A DNA stretch of 64,000 bases from an uncultured Fibrobacterota bacterium (GCA_964455935.1 CAYVZU010000006.1:1505-65504), one strand, 5' to 3'; counted from the first letter of the stretch, positions 16,124-25,414 are shown. A program made the numbers and translations. Notes: generated by a model not told the origin, from the letters alone.

Positions 16124-16528
16124 ATGGAAAACGGAAGTAGCAGCAGACTATTGCGAACCTGCCTTGCTGTGATTGGCTTGGCCATTTTGTGCGGGTGCGC
16201 CGGCAGAACGGTTCTCCTCCGCCACAATCCGGCATTCGAAACCGAACTCCTGCGTTCGCATTGCGAACGGCAGTCGATTCAATCGATTTACCGTAGCAAG
16301 GGGGATTCGGTTTTCACGCTGGCCCACAAGGCAAGCAGAAAGGAACCGGACATGGCGGCCGGCCTTATGGAGCGCGCCGGGTTCTATTATCGCATGGCGC
16401 TTTCGGCCGATCAAGTCCCCAGGCTGGAGAGACAAATCTCCGAACTTCAAAAGCGAGTATCTCATACTCGGGAACTGCTGAGCACATACCGGGCTGTGGA
16501 AACGGAAATGAAAGCGGGTGTCCGATGA
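16124..16528 (+). CDS. Lipoprotein (hypothetical, helical)
   Basis: Lipobox LAILCGC. ATGA overlap with the following OmpA-family gene. ATG 16124 is preferred to TTG 16088. Confidence 0.5.
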   Translation: MENGSSSRLLRTCLAVIGLAILCGCAGRTVLLRHNPAFETELLRSHCERQSIQSIYRSKGDSVFTLAHKASRKEPDMAAGLMERAGFYYRMALSADQVPRLERQISELQKRVSHTRELLSTYRAVETEMKAGVR

Positions 16529-17472
16529 TACGAACGCTCGTTCTGTCCGCATGTCTCATTCCGGTTTTGCTATCAGAGATATACGGCAGGCCGCTACCCA
16601 TTGATTTTAATACTGGAATTGTTGCCCTTAAGACCAATCTGGAATCCGCTTACCGGGACTACTCCCTAAATCGTTTGGAATCGGCGGACCTCTACGTAAC
16701 CGCCCGGCTACGGCTCTCGGCACTCCAAGACCTGCTGCTCAAGGACCGCAACAACAAGGACCTGCCATTTCTGTTTGGGAGTTGTTCGCTTTTGGTCGAG
16801 GCCGCCCGTCTCCAATTGCGCGAGCGGCACCTGGCCGGCCATGCAGCCAATTTGCAGAGCTCTCTCGATTCCGCGCTGACGGACCTCAATGCCGTGCACG
16901 AACATATCATCGGAATGGAAAAGGGCCGGGCCGCAAGCCTGAAATCGGACCTGGAGGCGACCCGGGAGAAAGCAAAGCAAATCGAACTTGAGGCGCAGCA
17001 GAAGATGAAGCAGCTCCAGGAAGAATCGCAGCAGAAAATCAAACAGATGCAGGAAGAAGCGCAGCGCCGTTTTGGAGAATTGCAGGGCGAATTGATCAAA
17101 GTGCGAAGAGATGCGCGCGGCACGATTATTTCCATGAGCGACATTCTTTTTGGCATCAATCAGGCCGATGTCAAAGGACCGCTCATGACCAGTCTTGCCA
17201 AGATCGCCGGAATCCTCACGGTATACAAGGATTTCAATATCACCGTGGAGGGCCACACCGACAACCAAGGCCCGGCCGAATACAACCAGAAGCTCTCGGA
17301 TCGCCGCGCCCAGAACGTCCGGACCTATCTTTCATCGCAGGGCATCGACTCCACCCGCATGGCCGCCGTTGGGTACGGACTTACCCGGCCGGTTGCCGAA
17401 AACACCACTCGCGAGGGGCAGCAGAAAAACCGGCGCGTGGACCTTGTGATTCACGACCCCGTCTCGCGGTAG
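16525..17472 (+). CDS. OmpA/MotB-domain protein with long coiled-coil
   Basis: C-terminal TVEGHTDNQGPAEYNQKLSDRRAQNVRTYL..GYGLTRPVA..NRRVDLVI. A central QQKMKQLQEESQQKIKQMQEEAQ coiled coil. Confidence 0.85.
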   Translation: MIRTLVLSACLIPVLLSEIYGRPLPIDFNTGIVALKTNLESAYRDYSLNRLESADLYVTARLRLSALQDLLLKDRNNKDLPFLFGSCSLLVEAARLQLRERHLAGHAANLQSSLDSALTDLNAVHEHIIGMEKGRAASLKSDLEATREKAKQIELEAQQKMKQLQEESQQKIKQMQEEAQRRFGELQGELIKVRRDARGTIISMSDILFGINQADVKGPLMTSLAKIAGILTVYKDFNITVEGHTDNQGPAEYNQKLSDRRAQNVRTYLSSQGIDSTRMAAVGYGLTRPVAENTTREGQQKNRRVDLVIHDPVSR

Positions 17473-17519
17473 GCGTCCCGCTCCGCCGGCGCCGAATTCC
17501 CATTCGTCCCCGCGCTGGA

Positions 17520-18278
17520 TTACAGCTCGTAGCCCACGTTCAGGCCAAAATAGAAATCCCTTTCATAGAGTCTGTTTCCAAGACCATCCGCCACGGTTGA
17601 AAGCGGCAACTGGAAATAGAGTGCCGGAGTTACATCAACAATCGTCCGGTACGTGGAACTAATTCCAATACCCAGAGCCGAGAAGTTCGAGGACCATTTA
17701 TTGTCGTCCAGGTCATTCTCCATCGCGAATCCCATCTGAAGGACGGGCGTTACGGCCAGATCCTTGCGAACGTCGAACTCGTGCGAAAAGCCCAGATCGA
17801 AATACTGCGACTGCGCATCATCATACGCGCCAACAGGGACAATGGAATAGGTCAGTGTGGGCGCCGAGATAATGTCATAGCACAATCGTAGGGACCATTC
17901 CATTTTCCAAGAGGCCTCTTGGCCAAATAGGGTCGGGTAGGTGTTATGGGAATAACCAATCCCTGCCTCAAGAGAGCGCAGAAAAGGCAGGACCCCGGAG
18001 TAACTCAGATTGTAGTCGGCCTGGGCAAAACCGGAACCCGCTTCATCGCCAAGATTGTAGCTGGCCCAGAATTCAGCTCTGATTCCATGCGCGGAAAATT
18101 CGAGGGCCGGCTGAAACGCCGGACGATCATGGAGATTGGCTCCTCGCCAAAGGTATTTGCTGACAAAGCCCGTATTGACACCCAGACTCCAGGGCTTAGG
18201 GGCCGCGCCATCCGCCTTTTGTGCAAACAGAAGGCCGGTAAAAATCAGCACCGCAATGCAACTGCGGATAAAAACCAT
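17520..18278 (-). CDS. Outer-membrane beta-barrel, TorF/Gcw_chp-like putative porin
   Basis: Signal peptide, then GFVSKYLWRGANL..PAFQPALEFS..EFWASYNL, which resembles the TIGR02001-type barrel. Alternating beta pattern to the C-terminus. Confidence 0.6.
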   Translation of the reverse strand: MVFIRSCIAVLIFTGLLFAQKADGAAPKPWSLGVNTGFVSKYLWRGANLHDRPAFQPALEFSAHGIRAEFWASYNLGDEAGSGFAQADYNLSYSGVLPFLRSLEAGIGYSHNTYPTLFGQEASWKMEWSLRLCYDIISAPTLTYSIVPVGAYDDAQSQYFDLGFSHEFDVRKDLAVTPVLQMGFAMENDLDDNKWSSNFSALGIGISSTYRTIVDVTPALYFQLPLSTVADGLGNRLYERDFYFGLNVGYEL

Positions 18279-18413
18279 ACTGTCCTCCTCATTTTCAGAA
18301 GATGTCCGTCTGAAAAAGTAAGCTTCTCCCGTGCACGAATCAATCGTGTTCGCCCTGCTTTAGTCGCGGACCCTTTCCTATTGCCGCAGACCGGAAAGTT
18401 ATTTTCCCATGCA

Positions 18414-20408
18414 ATGAAAAGGCATCCTGATGGATCTCAAACAATGGGGCCGCCGCCACTAAAGCCCGGCGGCCGCGTGCTTTTCTCATCTCTCCCGGTG
18501 CCCAGCATTGTCCCGGAAGCTCAGTGCGGCAATATTCCTTTGGGCATCGCCTCGGTGGCGCTGTTTGCGGAACGTACCGGAGCACGAATCGTTCCCAACA
18601 TTGCAGCGCAGGATAGTACGGGAACACTCGGCGATGCAGCGCTCGTTGAATTCCTGCTGAAGCATGCGCCTAATACCATTGGGTTGAGTTGTTCGGTCTG
18701 GAATATCGAGCGCTCGCTTTTCATCGCGGGCGAGGTCAAAAAGAAATCTCCCCGAACACAAATATGGCTTGGGGGACCGGATATTTCTGAAGACTCGCCG
18801 TTTGTGCGTGATCCCGGCGCGCCGTTCGATCTGGCCATTCCCGGCGAAGGGGAAATTGCTGTCGCGCACCTGCTGTCCGGCATTCCCGCCCAAGATATGG
18901 GAGGCCTTCTCCTGCCCGGCGGAGTTCGAACACAAGGGACAATTCGGCCGCAACTTTTAACGGATCTTTCCCCTATTCACGACCCGTTCATTGAAGGGCT
19001 TATTACGCCGGAAGCGGACCGGGTATTGTTGGCCGAATTCAAACGCGGATGCCTGCATGGATGCGCATACTGTCGTTACCACCAGGGGCGCGGCGGAACC
19101 ATGGCCCGTCGCCAAAATGCGGAAATCGCCGAGTTCTTTGGTTTTGCGCGCGCAAGCCGCGCGGCCGAGATCTACGTGCTCGATCCCAGCTTCGAACAGC
19201 GGGAACATTTCAATGATTTTCTGCGATGGCTTTCCCGAGAAAACCGCCGACCCGTCATCCCGCTCTCGGTGGAGCTTCGCGCGGAAACGATTGCGCCAAA
19301 AACAGCAATGCTCCTGGCCCGGGCCGGAGTGCGAAAAGTCGAAGCGGGACTTCAGAGCATTGGCAAAAGGACGCTGGCCCAGGTTGGCCGGAAGCTGGAT
19401 CCGGACGATTTTATCGCAGGTATCGATGCGCTGCGCGCCCACGGCATTGCAGTGAAAACGGATCTCATGACCGGACTGCCGCTCGATACCCCGGCGGGAT
19501 TGGAGCAAACGTTGGATTTCTTAATGAAGCATGGACTGCATCGCGACGTGCAGGTTTTCCGGACCCAGGTCCTGCCCGGAACAACGCTTCGTCGCAGAGC
19601 TCGCCAATGGGGAATCTCGTTTCATGCAGCCCCACCCTATACGGTGCGTTCCACTCCCGCCTGGAACCCCAATGAGCTCGACCGCGCGTTCGAGGGGATC
19701 GAGGACCGGCTAGGCATTCGTCTCTCGCCCGAAGCCCGGCCCGTGATCGCCCCTTGGAATGGGGCGCGTTACGAATCACGCGCCCACGCCGGCGGAGGGC
19801 TATACCAGTATGCTTTCAACCTGGACCATTCGGGTGACCGCGCAAAGTTTCGCGCTGAAACTTTTTCCCTGGCGGCCGCGCAGGTCCTGCTCTGGGTCAA
19901 GGCCGCTGATGCAAACCGGCATTGTTGCCCGATGTGCGGCGCCATTGGCCGGTGCGCGACGGCAAATCCTTTTTCCAGCTTGTTTGTTCTTATCGAGACC
20001 GAACCCGGCATTGCGCTTGACATCGCAGATTCAATTCAAAAGGAACTCGACGAAAAGATTCCATCCCGATACCTGGAGCGGCTGCATTGGCCCTGTGGGG
20101 GCATCCGGCCCACGCGCAAACTGCTGTTCAAACTGGAGGCATGCGCAAGGTATGGGGATACAAGCTGGTTTGCGGAGGCGCGCAAAATCGCCACCCTCTT
20201 ATGGACCGTCAACTCCAATCCCCATGCTTTTCGCCGACTGCGGCATTTTGATTGCGAACGCGATTTTCTCTATTTCGATTTGCGCGATCAAGGGGAAAGC
20301 AACCACGAGTCTCTCTTCCGACAACTCAAGAAGAGCAGGCATGCCGACCGCTTTCTTCTGCCCGGCCCCGCGCTCCACTGGAAATGGATCGAGTTCCTTG
20401 AGAAATGA
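18414..20408 (+). CDS. B12-binding-domain radical SAM protein with long C-terminal extension
   Basis: GIASVALFAERTG..IGLSCSVWN (B12-like domain) and FKRGCLHGCAYCRY (CxxxCxxC). The track start 17946 overlaps the porin gene, so ATG 18414 (or 18444) is more plausible. Confidence 0.8.
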   Translation: MKRHPDGSQTMGPPPLKPGGRVLFSSLPVPSIVPEAQCGNIPLGIASVALFAERTGARIVPNIAAQDSTGTLGDAALVEFLLKHAPNTIGLSCSVWNIERSLFIAGEVKKKSPRTQIWLGGPDISEDSPFVRDPGAPFDLAIPGEGEIAVAHLLSGIPAQDMGGLLLPGGVRTQGTIRPQLLTDLSPIHDPFIEGLITPEADRVLLAEFKRGCLHGCAYCRYHQGRGGTMARRQNAEIAEFFGFARASRAAEIYVLDPSFEQREHFNDFLRWLSRENRRPVIPLSVELRAETIAPKTAMLLARAGVRKVEAGLQSIGKRTLAQVGRKLDPDDFIAGIDALRAHGIAVKTDLMTGLPLDTPAGLEQTLDFLMKHGLHRDVQVFRTQVLPGTTLRRRARQWGISFHAAPPYTVRSTPAWNPNELDRAFEGIEDRLGIRLSPEARPVIAPWNGARYESRAHAGGGLYQYAFNLDHSGDRAKFRAETFSLAAAQVLLWVKAADANRHCCPMCGAIGRCATANPFSSLFVLIETEPGIALDIADSIQKELDEKIPSRYLERLHWPCGGIRPTRKLLFKLEACARYGDTSWFAEARKIATLLWTVNSNPHAFRRLRHFDCERDFLYFDLRDQGESNHESLFRQLKKSRHADRFLLPGPALHWKWIEFLEK

Positions 20409-20767
20409 TGCGCAACTGCAAATGGATTTCCGCCACGACCTGCCCTGATGAACTTCATGATAACTATGCGTACCAATTCACGCCTCCCTCACCTCCGTCC
20501 TTCGCGGCAAATCTGCTACGGAGGACGGGCTGGCCCTCTCCAACCGAGTGGCGATTGGACTCTTTCCTCTCCCATTAATAAGAGAGGATTAGGGCGATGG
20601 TGTTGGCAATCCGAATGGAAATAAATATGCTTTAATTGCATTCAGATATAGGCTTGATTTTGGCCGCCAAATTCCAAGACTATTTGCGGTACCGCCCCCC
20701 AATTCAGCTTCTTTTGCATTGTGCTTGCTTTTTTATTTGCATTTAAATTATAGATTAGCTTATTATG

Positions 20768-20776
20768 TGGTACAAT
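20768..20776 (+). promoter_or_regulatory. Extended -10 promoter element (TGgTACAAT) upstream of kamA
   Basis: TGGTACAAT lies inside a roughly 280-bp AT-rich tract, about 85 nt upstream of ATG 20859. No good -35 element at 17-bp spacing. Confidence 0.4.
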
Positions 20777-20858
20777 GGAAGGGGGGCAAAGAGAACTATA
20801 GTCCAACGGGAAGTATGCAGTCGTTTTTTCAAATAATTACCCTGAAAGGAGAGAGTTA

Positions 20859-22163
20859 ATGGAGGAGACAAGTTCCTCATCGCAGATTACAGAGCCTCCG
20901 GGTACCAAAGAAAACTTCCCCTTCCCCACACGCGAGATCGGCGATCTCAGTTCGGCGAGTCGTTTTGTTGCCTACATCCAAAGCCAACCCGGTATTCACG
21001 CCCCCCGAACACGCAAAGGCTTTGCGGCTCCCAAAAATATCAACACCGATTATTTTCGCAAGCGATGGTATCCCAAAACAACCGCCGCCGAATGGAACGA
21101 CTGGAACTGGCAATTGCACAACCGCATCACCACGGCCGCCCAGTTCGAAACCATGTTCCAGCTGTCTGTCGATGAGCGCAGCGCATTGGGCCAGGGCGAG
21201 AGCTCTCTTCCGGTTGCCATCACGCCTTACTACGCTTCCCTGGTTCATGGCAAGGATTCCACGAATCCGGTCCGTCGCTGCGTCATCCCAACATCGGCCG
21301 AGCAGGTCTACTCCCTTTGGGAGTCAAACGATCCCTTGTCGGAAGAGAATCACAGCCCGGTTCCGGGAATTGTGCACCGCTATCCCGACCGCGTCTTGTT
21401 TCTGGCTACGAATTTCTGCTCGACATACTGCCGGTATTGCACGCGCTCCCGCATGGTGGGCGATCACGACTGCCACGGCAGCCCCATCGGCCGAAGCCAG
21501 TGGCAGGGGGCCATCGACTACATTGCCTCCCATCCGGCCGTGCGGGACGTCCTCATCTCGGGCGGGGACCCGCTTACACTGAAGGACGAGGATCTCGATT
21601 GGCTGTTGGGATCGGTGCGCGCGATTCCCCACGTGGAAATTGTCCGGCTGGGAACAAAAATACCGGCCGTGCTGCCCCAGCGCATCACGCCAGGGCTGGT
21701 GAAGATGCTGCGCAGGCATCACCCGTTGCTGATGAGCCTGCATTTCGCCCACCCCGACGAATTGACTCCCGAAACAAGGGCCGCGTGCGAGCTTCTGGCC
21801 GATGCTGGAATTCCGCTGGGCAGCCAGACGGTCCTGCTGGCCGGGATCAATGACGACCCCGCCATCCTCAAGCAGCTCTATCACGGCCTGCTTAAGGCGC
21901 GCGTGCGGCCGTACTATTTATACCAGTGCGATCCCATCCTGGGTTCTTCGCATTTTCGCACGCCCGTCGAAAAGGGAATTAAAATCATCAGCCAATTGCG
22001 CGGCCATACCACCGGCTATGCCGTGCCGCAATACGTCATCGACGCCCCGGGCGGAGGCGGCAAGATTCCCGTGGGTCCCGAGTATGTGATCGGCTACGAA
22101 GGCAGCAACCTGCTTCTTCGCAATTACGAAGGCAAGATCTTCCAATACCCCGATCACCCGTGA
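20859..22163 (+). CDS. kamA: L-lysine 2,3-aminomutase (KamA family radical SAM/PLP enzyme)
   Basis: WNDWNWQLHNRI, CSTYCRYCTRSRMVG, ISGGDPL, YLYQCDPILGSSHFRTP and VIDAPGGGGKIP. SD is AAAGGAGAG. Confidence 0.9.
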   Translation: MEETSSSSQITEPPGTKENFPFPTREIGDLSSASRFVAYIQSQPGIHAPRTRKGFAAPKNINTDYFRKRWYPKTTAAEWNDWNWQLHNRITTAAQFETMFQLSVDERSALGQGESSLPVAITPYYASLVHGKDSTNPVRRCVIPTSAEQVYSLWESNDPLSEENHSPVPGIVHRYPDRVLFLATNFCSTYCRYCTRSRMVGDHDCHGSPIGRSQWQGAIDYIASHPAVRDVLISGGDPLTLKDEDLDWLLGSVRAIPHVEIVRLGTKIPAVLPQRITPGLVKMLRRHHPLLMSLHFAHPDELTPETRAACELLADAGIPLGSQTVLLAGINDDPAILKQLYHGLLKARVRPYYLYQCDPILGSSHFRTPVEKGIKIISQLRGHTTGYAVPQYVIDAPGGGGKIPVGPEYVIGYEGSNLLLRNYEGKIFQYPDHP

Positions 22164-22186
22164 TCCTGTTTGAGTTCAGTCATCAA

Positions 22187-22227
22187 CCCCTGCCGGCATG
22201 TTCAGTCGGCAGGGGACTCCTTTTTTT
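22187..22227 (+). terminator. Rho-independent terminator after kamA
   Basis: CCCCTGCCG-N11-CGGCAGGGG, followed by ACTCCTTTTTTT. Confidence 0.8.
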
Positions 22228-22241
22228 GGTGAAAGGACAGC

Positions 22242-23240
22242 ATGAAAGTCGGCCTGACATACGATTTGCAACGCGACTACCTGGCCATGGGCTACTCGCG
22301 CCAGGAAGCGGCCGAATTCGACCGTGACGACACCATCGATGCAATCGAAGCGGCCATTCGCGACGCGGGACACGAGACCGATCGGATCGGCAATCTTTAC
22401 AAACTCACAGCCCGCTTAACCGCCGGAGATCGTTGGGACATCGTGTTCAATATTGCCGAGGGTGCTTCGGGTTTATCCCGCGAGTCCCAGGTCCCGTCCT
22501 TGCTCGAGGCCTACAATGTTCCTTACACGTTTTCCGATCCCCTTGTTTTGGCTGTCGCCCTGCACAAAGGCATGACGAAAATGGTGGCGCAATGTCTGGG
22601 CGTGCCCACGCCGGGGTTTGTGGTTGTCCATAGCCCCAACGAAGCAACTCAGGTCCGTCTCCCCTATCCGCTGTTCGCCAAGCCTGTCGCCGAAGGAACC
22701 AGCAAAGGCATCAGCAGCCGCTCGAAGATCGAAAACGCCAAAGACCTGCGGGCCATCTGCGCCGAACTGATCGCGACATACCAACAGCCCGTTCTGGTGG
22801 AAACCTTTCTTCCGGGCCGAGAGTTCACAGTGGGAATTCTGGGGACCGGCGATGCAGCTCGCTCTGTGGGCGTTCTGGAAGTTCATTATCGCCAAGGAGC
22901 CGAGGCTCATGCCTATACCTTCACGAACAAGGAAAACTGCGAGGAATTGATCGATTACAGACTGGCCCATGACACGTTGTCTCTTGAATCGGAACAAATC
23001 GCGCTGAAACTCTGGAAAGGCCTGCGTTGCCGCGATGGCGGACGGGTTGATCTGCGAGTCAACGCGGTCGGAAAACCGGAATTCATTGAAGTCAATCCCC
23101 TGCCGGGACTCAACCCAGTTCATTCCGATCTGCCCATTATGTGCGCGCAAGGCGGTCTGCAATTCAATCGCCTGATTCAGGAAATCCTGGCCAGCGCAGT
23201 GAATCGTATGACCGCTCCCGCCAACGACGGTTTGGGATGA
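22242..23240 (+). CDS. ATP-grasp ligase, D-alanine--D-alanine ligase-like
   Basis: MKVGLTYDL..AEFD..TIDAIEAAIR..WDIVFNIAEG..SRESQVPSLLEAYNVPYTFSDPL..KGMTK, followed by an ATP-grasp core. Confidence 0.8.
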   Translation: MKVGLTYDLQRDYLAMGYSRQEAAEFDRDDTIDAIEAAIRDAGHETDRIGNLYKLTARLTAGDRWDIVFNIAEGASGLSRESQVPSLLEAYNVPYTFSDPLVLAVALHKGMTKMVAQCLGVPTPGFVVVHSPNEATQVRLPYPLFAKPVAEGTSKGISSRSKIENAKDLRAICAELIATYQQPVLVETFLPGREFTVGILGTGDAARSVGVLEVHYRQGAEAHAYTFTNKENCEELIDYRLAHDTLSLESEQIALKLWKGLRCRDGGRVDLRVNAVGKPEFIEVNPLPGLNPVHSDLPIMCAQGGLQFNRLIQEILASAVNRMTAPANDGLG

Positions 23241-24208
23241 AGAACCGCGGAAAAGCCGCCGTCCTATATGGCAGCGTGCCCCCCAATGCCGGGCCCGACG
23301 AACGCGATACCCTGTGCGAAGTCGAAGCCGTATCGACTGCGCTGCGCAAGCTGGGCTATCGGACCCGCGCGACCGCGCTTTCGCTCGACATTGGCCGGGC
23401 CGCATCCGAGCTGATATCCGCGGGGCCCGCATTCGTATTCAATCTTGTCGAATCCGTTGAGGCCAGGGGCCGCTATATTGCCGTAGGTCCGTTATTGCTG
23501 GAGGACTTGGGCTTGCCCTACACCGGGTGCAAAGCCAACGCCATCACCACGACCTCGAACAAGGCCTATGCGAAAAGCATCATGTCGCTCGCCGGCTTGC
23601 CGACTCCCCCTTGGCAGGAGGCCACCGCGGCAGTGCGGCGCTGCACCCTCAAGCCGCCCTTCATTCTGAAACCAAAGTGGGAACACGCCTCTGTGGGCCT
23701 TGAAGAGGATGCCATTCTATTCGATCGGCGATTGCTGCGCAAACGGCTCCGGGGCCTTCGGCCGCAGGACTATTTTCTTGAAGCCTTTGTGGAAGGCCGG
23801 GAATTCAACATTTCTCTCCTGGGCGATGAAGAGAAAACCGAGGTCCTGCCCTTGGCGGAAATCGATTTCTCGAAGTTCGGCCCCGGTAAGCCGCGGATCG
23901 TTGGATACAAAGCCAAATGGGAAAAGGACTCTTTTGAATACGCCAACACGCCGCGCGTATTTGACTTTCCAAATTCGGATCGGGCCTTGTTGAGAGAGCT
24001 GAATCGGTTATCGATCGCGACCTGGAAGGCTTTTTGCCTTTCCGGGTATGCGCGCGTGGACTTTCGCGTGGACCGCCAAAACCGCCCCTGGATCCTTGAG
24101 GTGAACGCAAACCCCTGCATTTCGCCCGATGCAGGCTTCGCGGCCGCGGCGGCCCAAAGCGGTTTGTCATACACAAAGATGGTCAACCGCATCATCCACG
24201 CTTTGTAG
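23237..24208 (+). CDS. ATP-grasp ligase, D-alanine--D-alanine ligase-like (paralogue)
   Basis: ATGA overlap with the previous gene. AAVLYGSV..AFVFNLVESVE..LGLPYTGC..NKAYAK..FILKPKWEHASVG..ARVDFRVD..ILEVNANPC. Confidence 0.8.
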   Translation: MKNRGKAAVLYGSVPPNAGPDERDTLCEVEAVSTALRKLGYRTRATALSLDIGRAASELISAGPAFVFNLVESVEARGRYIAVGPLLLEDLGLPYTGCKANAITTTSNKAYAKSIMSLAGLPTPPWQEATAAVRRCTLKPPFILKPKWEHASVGLEEDAILFDRRLLRKRLRGLRPQDYFLEAFVEGREFNISLLGDEEKTEVLPLAEIDFSKFGPGKPRIVGYKAKWEKDSFEYANTPRVFDFPNSDRALLRELNRLSIATWKAFCLSGYARVDFRVDRQNRPWILEVNANPCISPDAGFAAAAAQSGLSYTKMVNRIIHAL

Positions 24209-24368
24209 GAACAACATAGCGCGGTGAAGCCGCAACCAAATCTTTTTGACAGCAGGATAACGGGATTTTTTCATGGATTTGCAGGAAAAGAGCTTTATCC
24301 TGTAATCCTGTCCAAATTCTTTTCAAGAAAACAAGATTCTGAACCTTGGTAGCACAGGGAGATGGCGG

Positions 24369-24851
24369 ATGAATCTACTCTTTCGTGATACGGCAACAGG
24401 AGCGGACATCGAGACCATCCGCAGCCTTGTAGAGTCTACGGGATTCTTCCGGCCCGACGAGGTGGATGTAGCCGTGGAACTGGTGGAGGAACGCCTGGCC
24501 AAGGGCGAACGCAGCGGCTATCATTTCGTCTTCGCCCAGGACGGCAGCCGGACTGTGGGGTATTCCTGCTTTGGCCCGATTGCCTGCACAATTTCAAGCT
24601 TCGACCTTTATTGGATTGCCGTGGACCGGTCGGCACAAAGAAGAGGCCTGGGCCGCCGTATTCTTGCCGAGAGTGAAAAGCGAATCGCGCAAATGCGCGG
24701 CCGGCGCGTTTATATCGAGACGTCCTCGCGGCCTCAGTACGGTTCCACCCGAAGGTTTTATGAGTCTTGCGGCTACCGGGTTGCCGCGGAGCTGGAGCAC
24801 TTCTACGATCAAGACGACGGTAAAGTCATTTTCGTGAAGATGCTGGGGTAG
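24369..24851 (+). CDS. GNAT-family N-acetyltransferase
   Basis: YWIAVDRSAQRRGLGRRIL (acetyl-CoA motif A) and FYESCGY. 160 aa. Confidence 0.85.
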   Translation: MNLLFRDTATGADIETIRSLVESTGFFRPDEVDVAVELVEERLAKGERSGYHFVFAQDGSRTVGYSCFGPIACTISSFDLYWIAVDRSAQRRGLGRRILAESEKRIAQMRGRRVYIETSSRPQYGSTRRFYESCGYRVAAELEHFYDQDDGKVIFVKMLG

Positions 24852-24875
24852 GATTCCTCCCGCAACCGGGAAGGC

Positions 24876-25283
24876 CTATTTTTTTCCAACCTCCACCCGA
24901 AGTCCGCGACTCTCCCGGGGTAATTCAAGCACAACCGCGATTTCGTGAAGCATGCCGTCCCAATCCCCTTTTTCCAGAACATTTTCGGCGCCCGCCTCCT
25001 GCGCCGCCTGCAGAAACAATCCGCGCTCATAGGCCGTTAGAATCAGGGCCTTCACCCAAGGCGCCACTTTGCGCAGCCTTCGCACCAACTCGATTCCGTC
25101 CATCCCGGGCAGGGAGACATCGACGATCACCAGGTCCGGTTGGATTTTTGGAATGTCCTTAAGCGCCTGCTCGCCCGTAGCAGACTCACCCGCGACGACA
25201 ACATCCTTAAGCCGTTTTGCGATCATTCGTGTGTAGATGACGCGAATATCATCCTGATCCTCCACCAGAAACACCTTCTTCAT
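24876..25283 (-). CDS. Orphan single-domain response regulator
   Basis: KVFLVEDQDDIR..DLVIVDVSLPGMDGIELV..ILTAY. Confidence 0.85.
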   Translation of the reverse strand: MKKVFLVEDQDDIRVIYTRMIAKRLKDVVVAGESATGEQALKDIPKIQPDLVIVDVSLPGMDGIELVRRLRKVAPWVKALILTAYERGLFLQAAQEAGAENVLEKGDWDGMLHEIAVVLELPRESRGLRVEVGKK

Positions 25284-25339
25284 TCGCCACTCACTTTGTG
25301 GAATGACCCTGAAAGGCGCAATGCTCCGGGCTTGGGTAT

Positions 25340-25355
25340 TGCGAAAGTCATGCCG
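25340..25355 (-). promoter_or_regulatory. Putative -24/-12 (sigma-54-type) promoter upstream of the orphan regulator
   Basis: The minus strand reads CGGCATGACTTTCGCA (GG-N10-GC). The -12 element lies 58 nt upstream of ATG 25283. Confidence 0.4.
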
Positions 25356-25414
25356 GATTCGGTGTGGGATGATGGCCCGGCATCCTGCCCTTGAAATAGA
25401 GGCTCAGAGCGGGA

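Noticed and set aside
17946-18413. N-terminal 156 codons of the track ORF 17946-20408
   Set aside because: This part overlaps the convergent or divergent porin gene (17520-18278) and has no homology-like features. The radical SAM family sequence starts near ATG 18414.
20777-20858. kamA leader as a lysine (L-box) riboswitch
   Set aside because: The leader is only about 85 nt, which is far shorter than an L-box. I see none of the characteristic multi-stem junction sequences.
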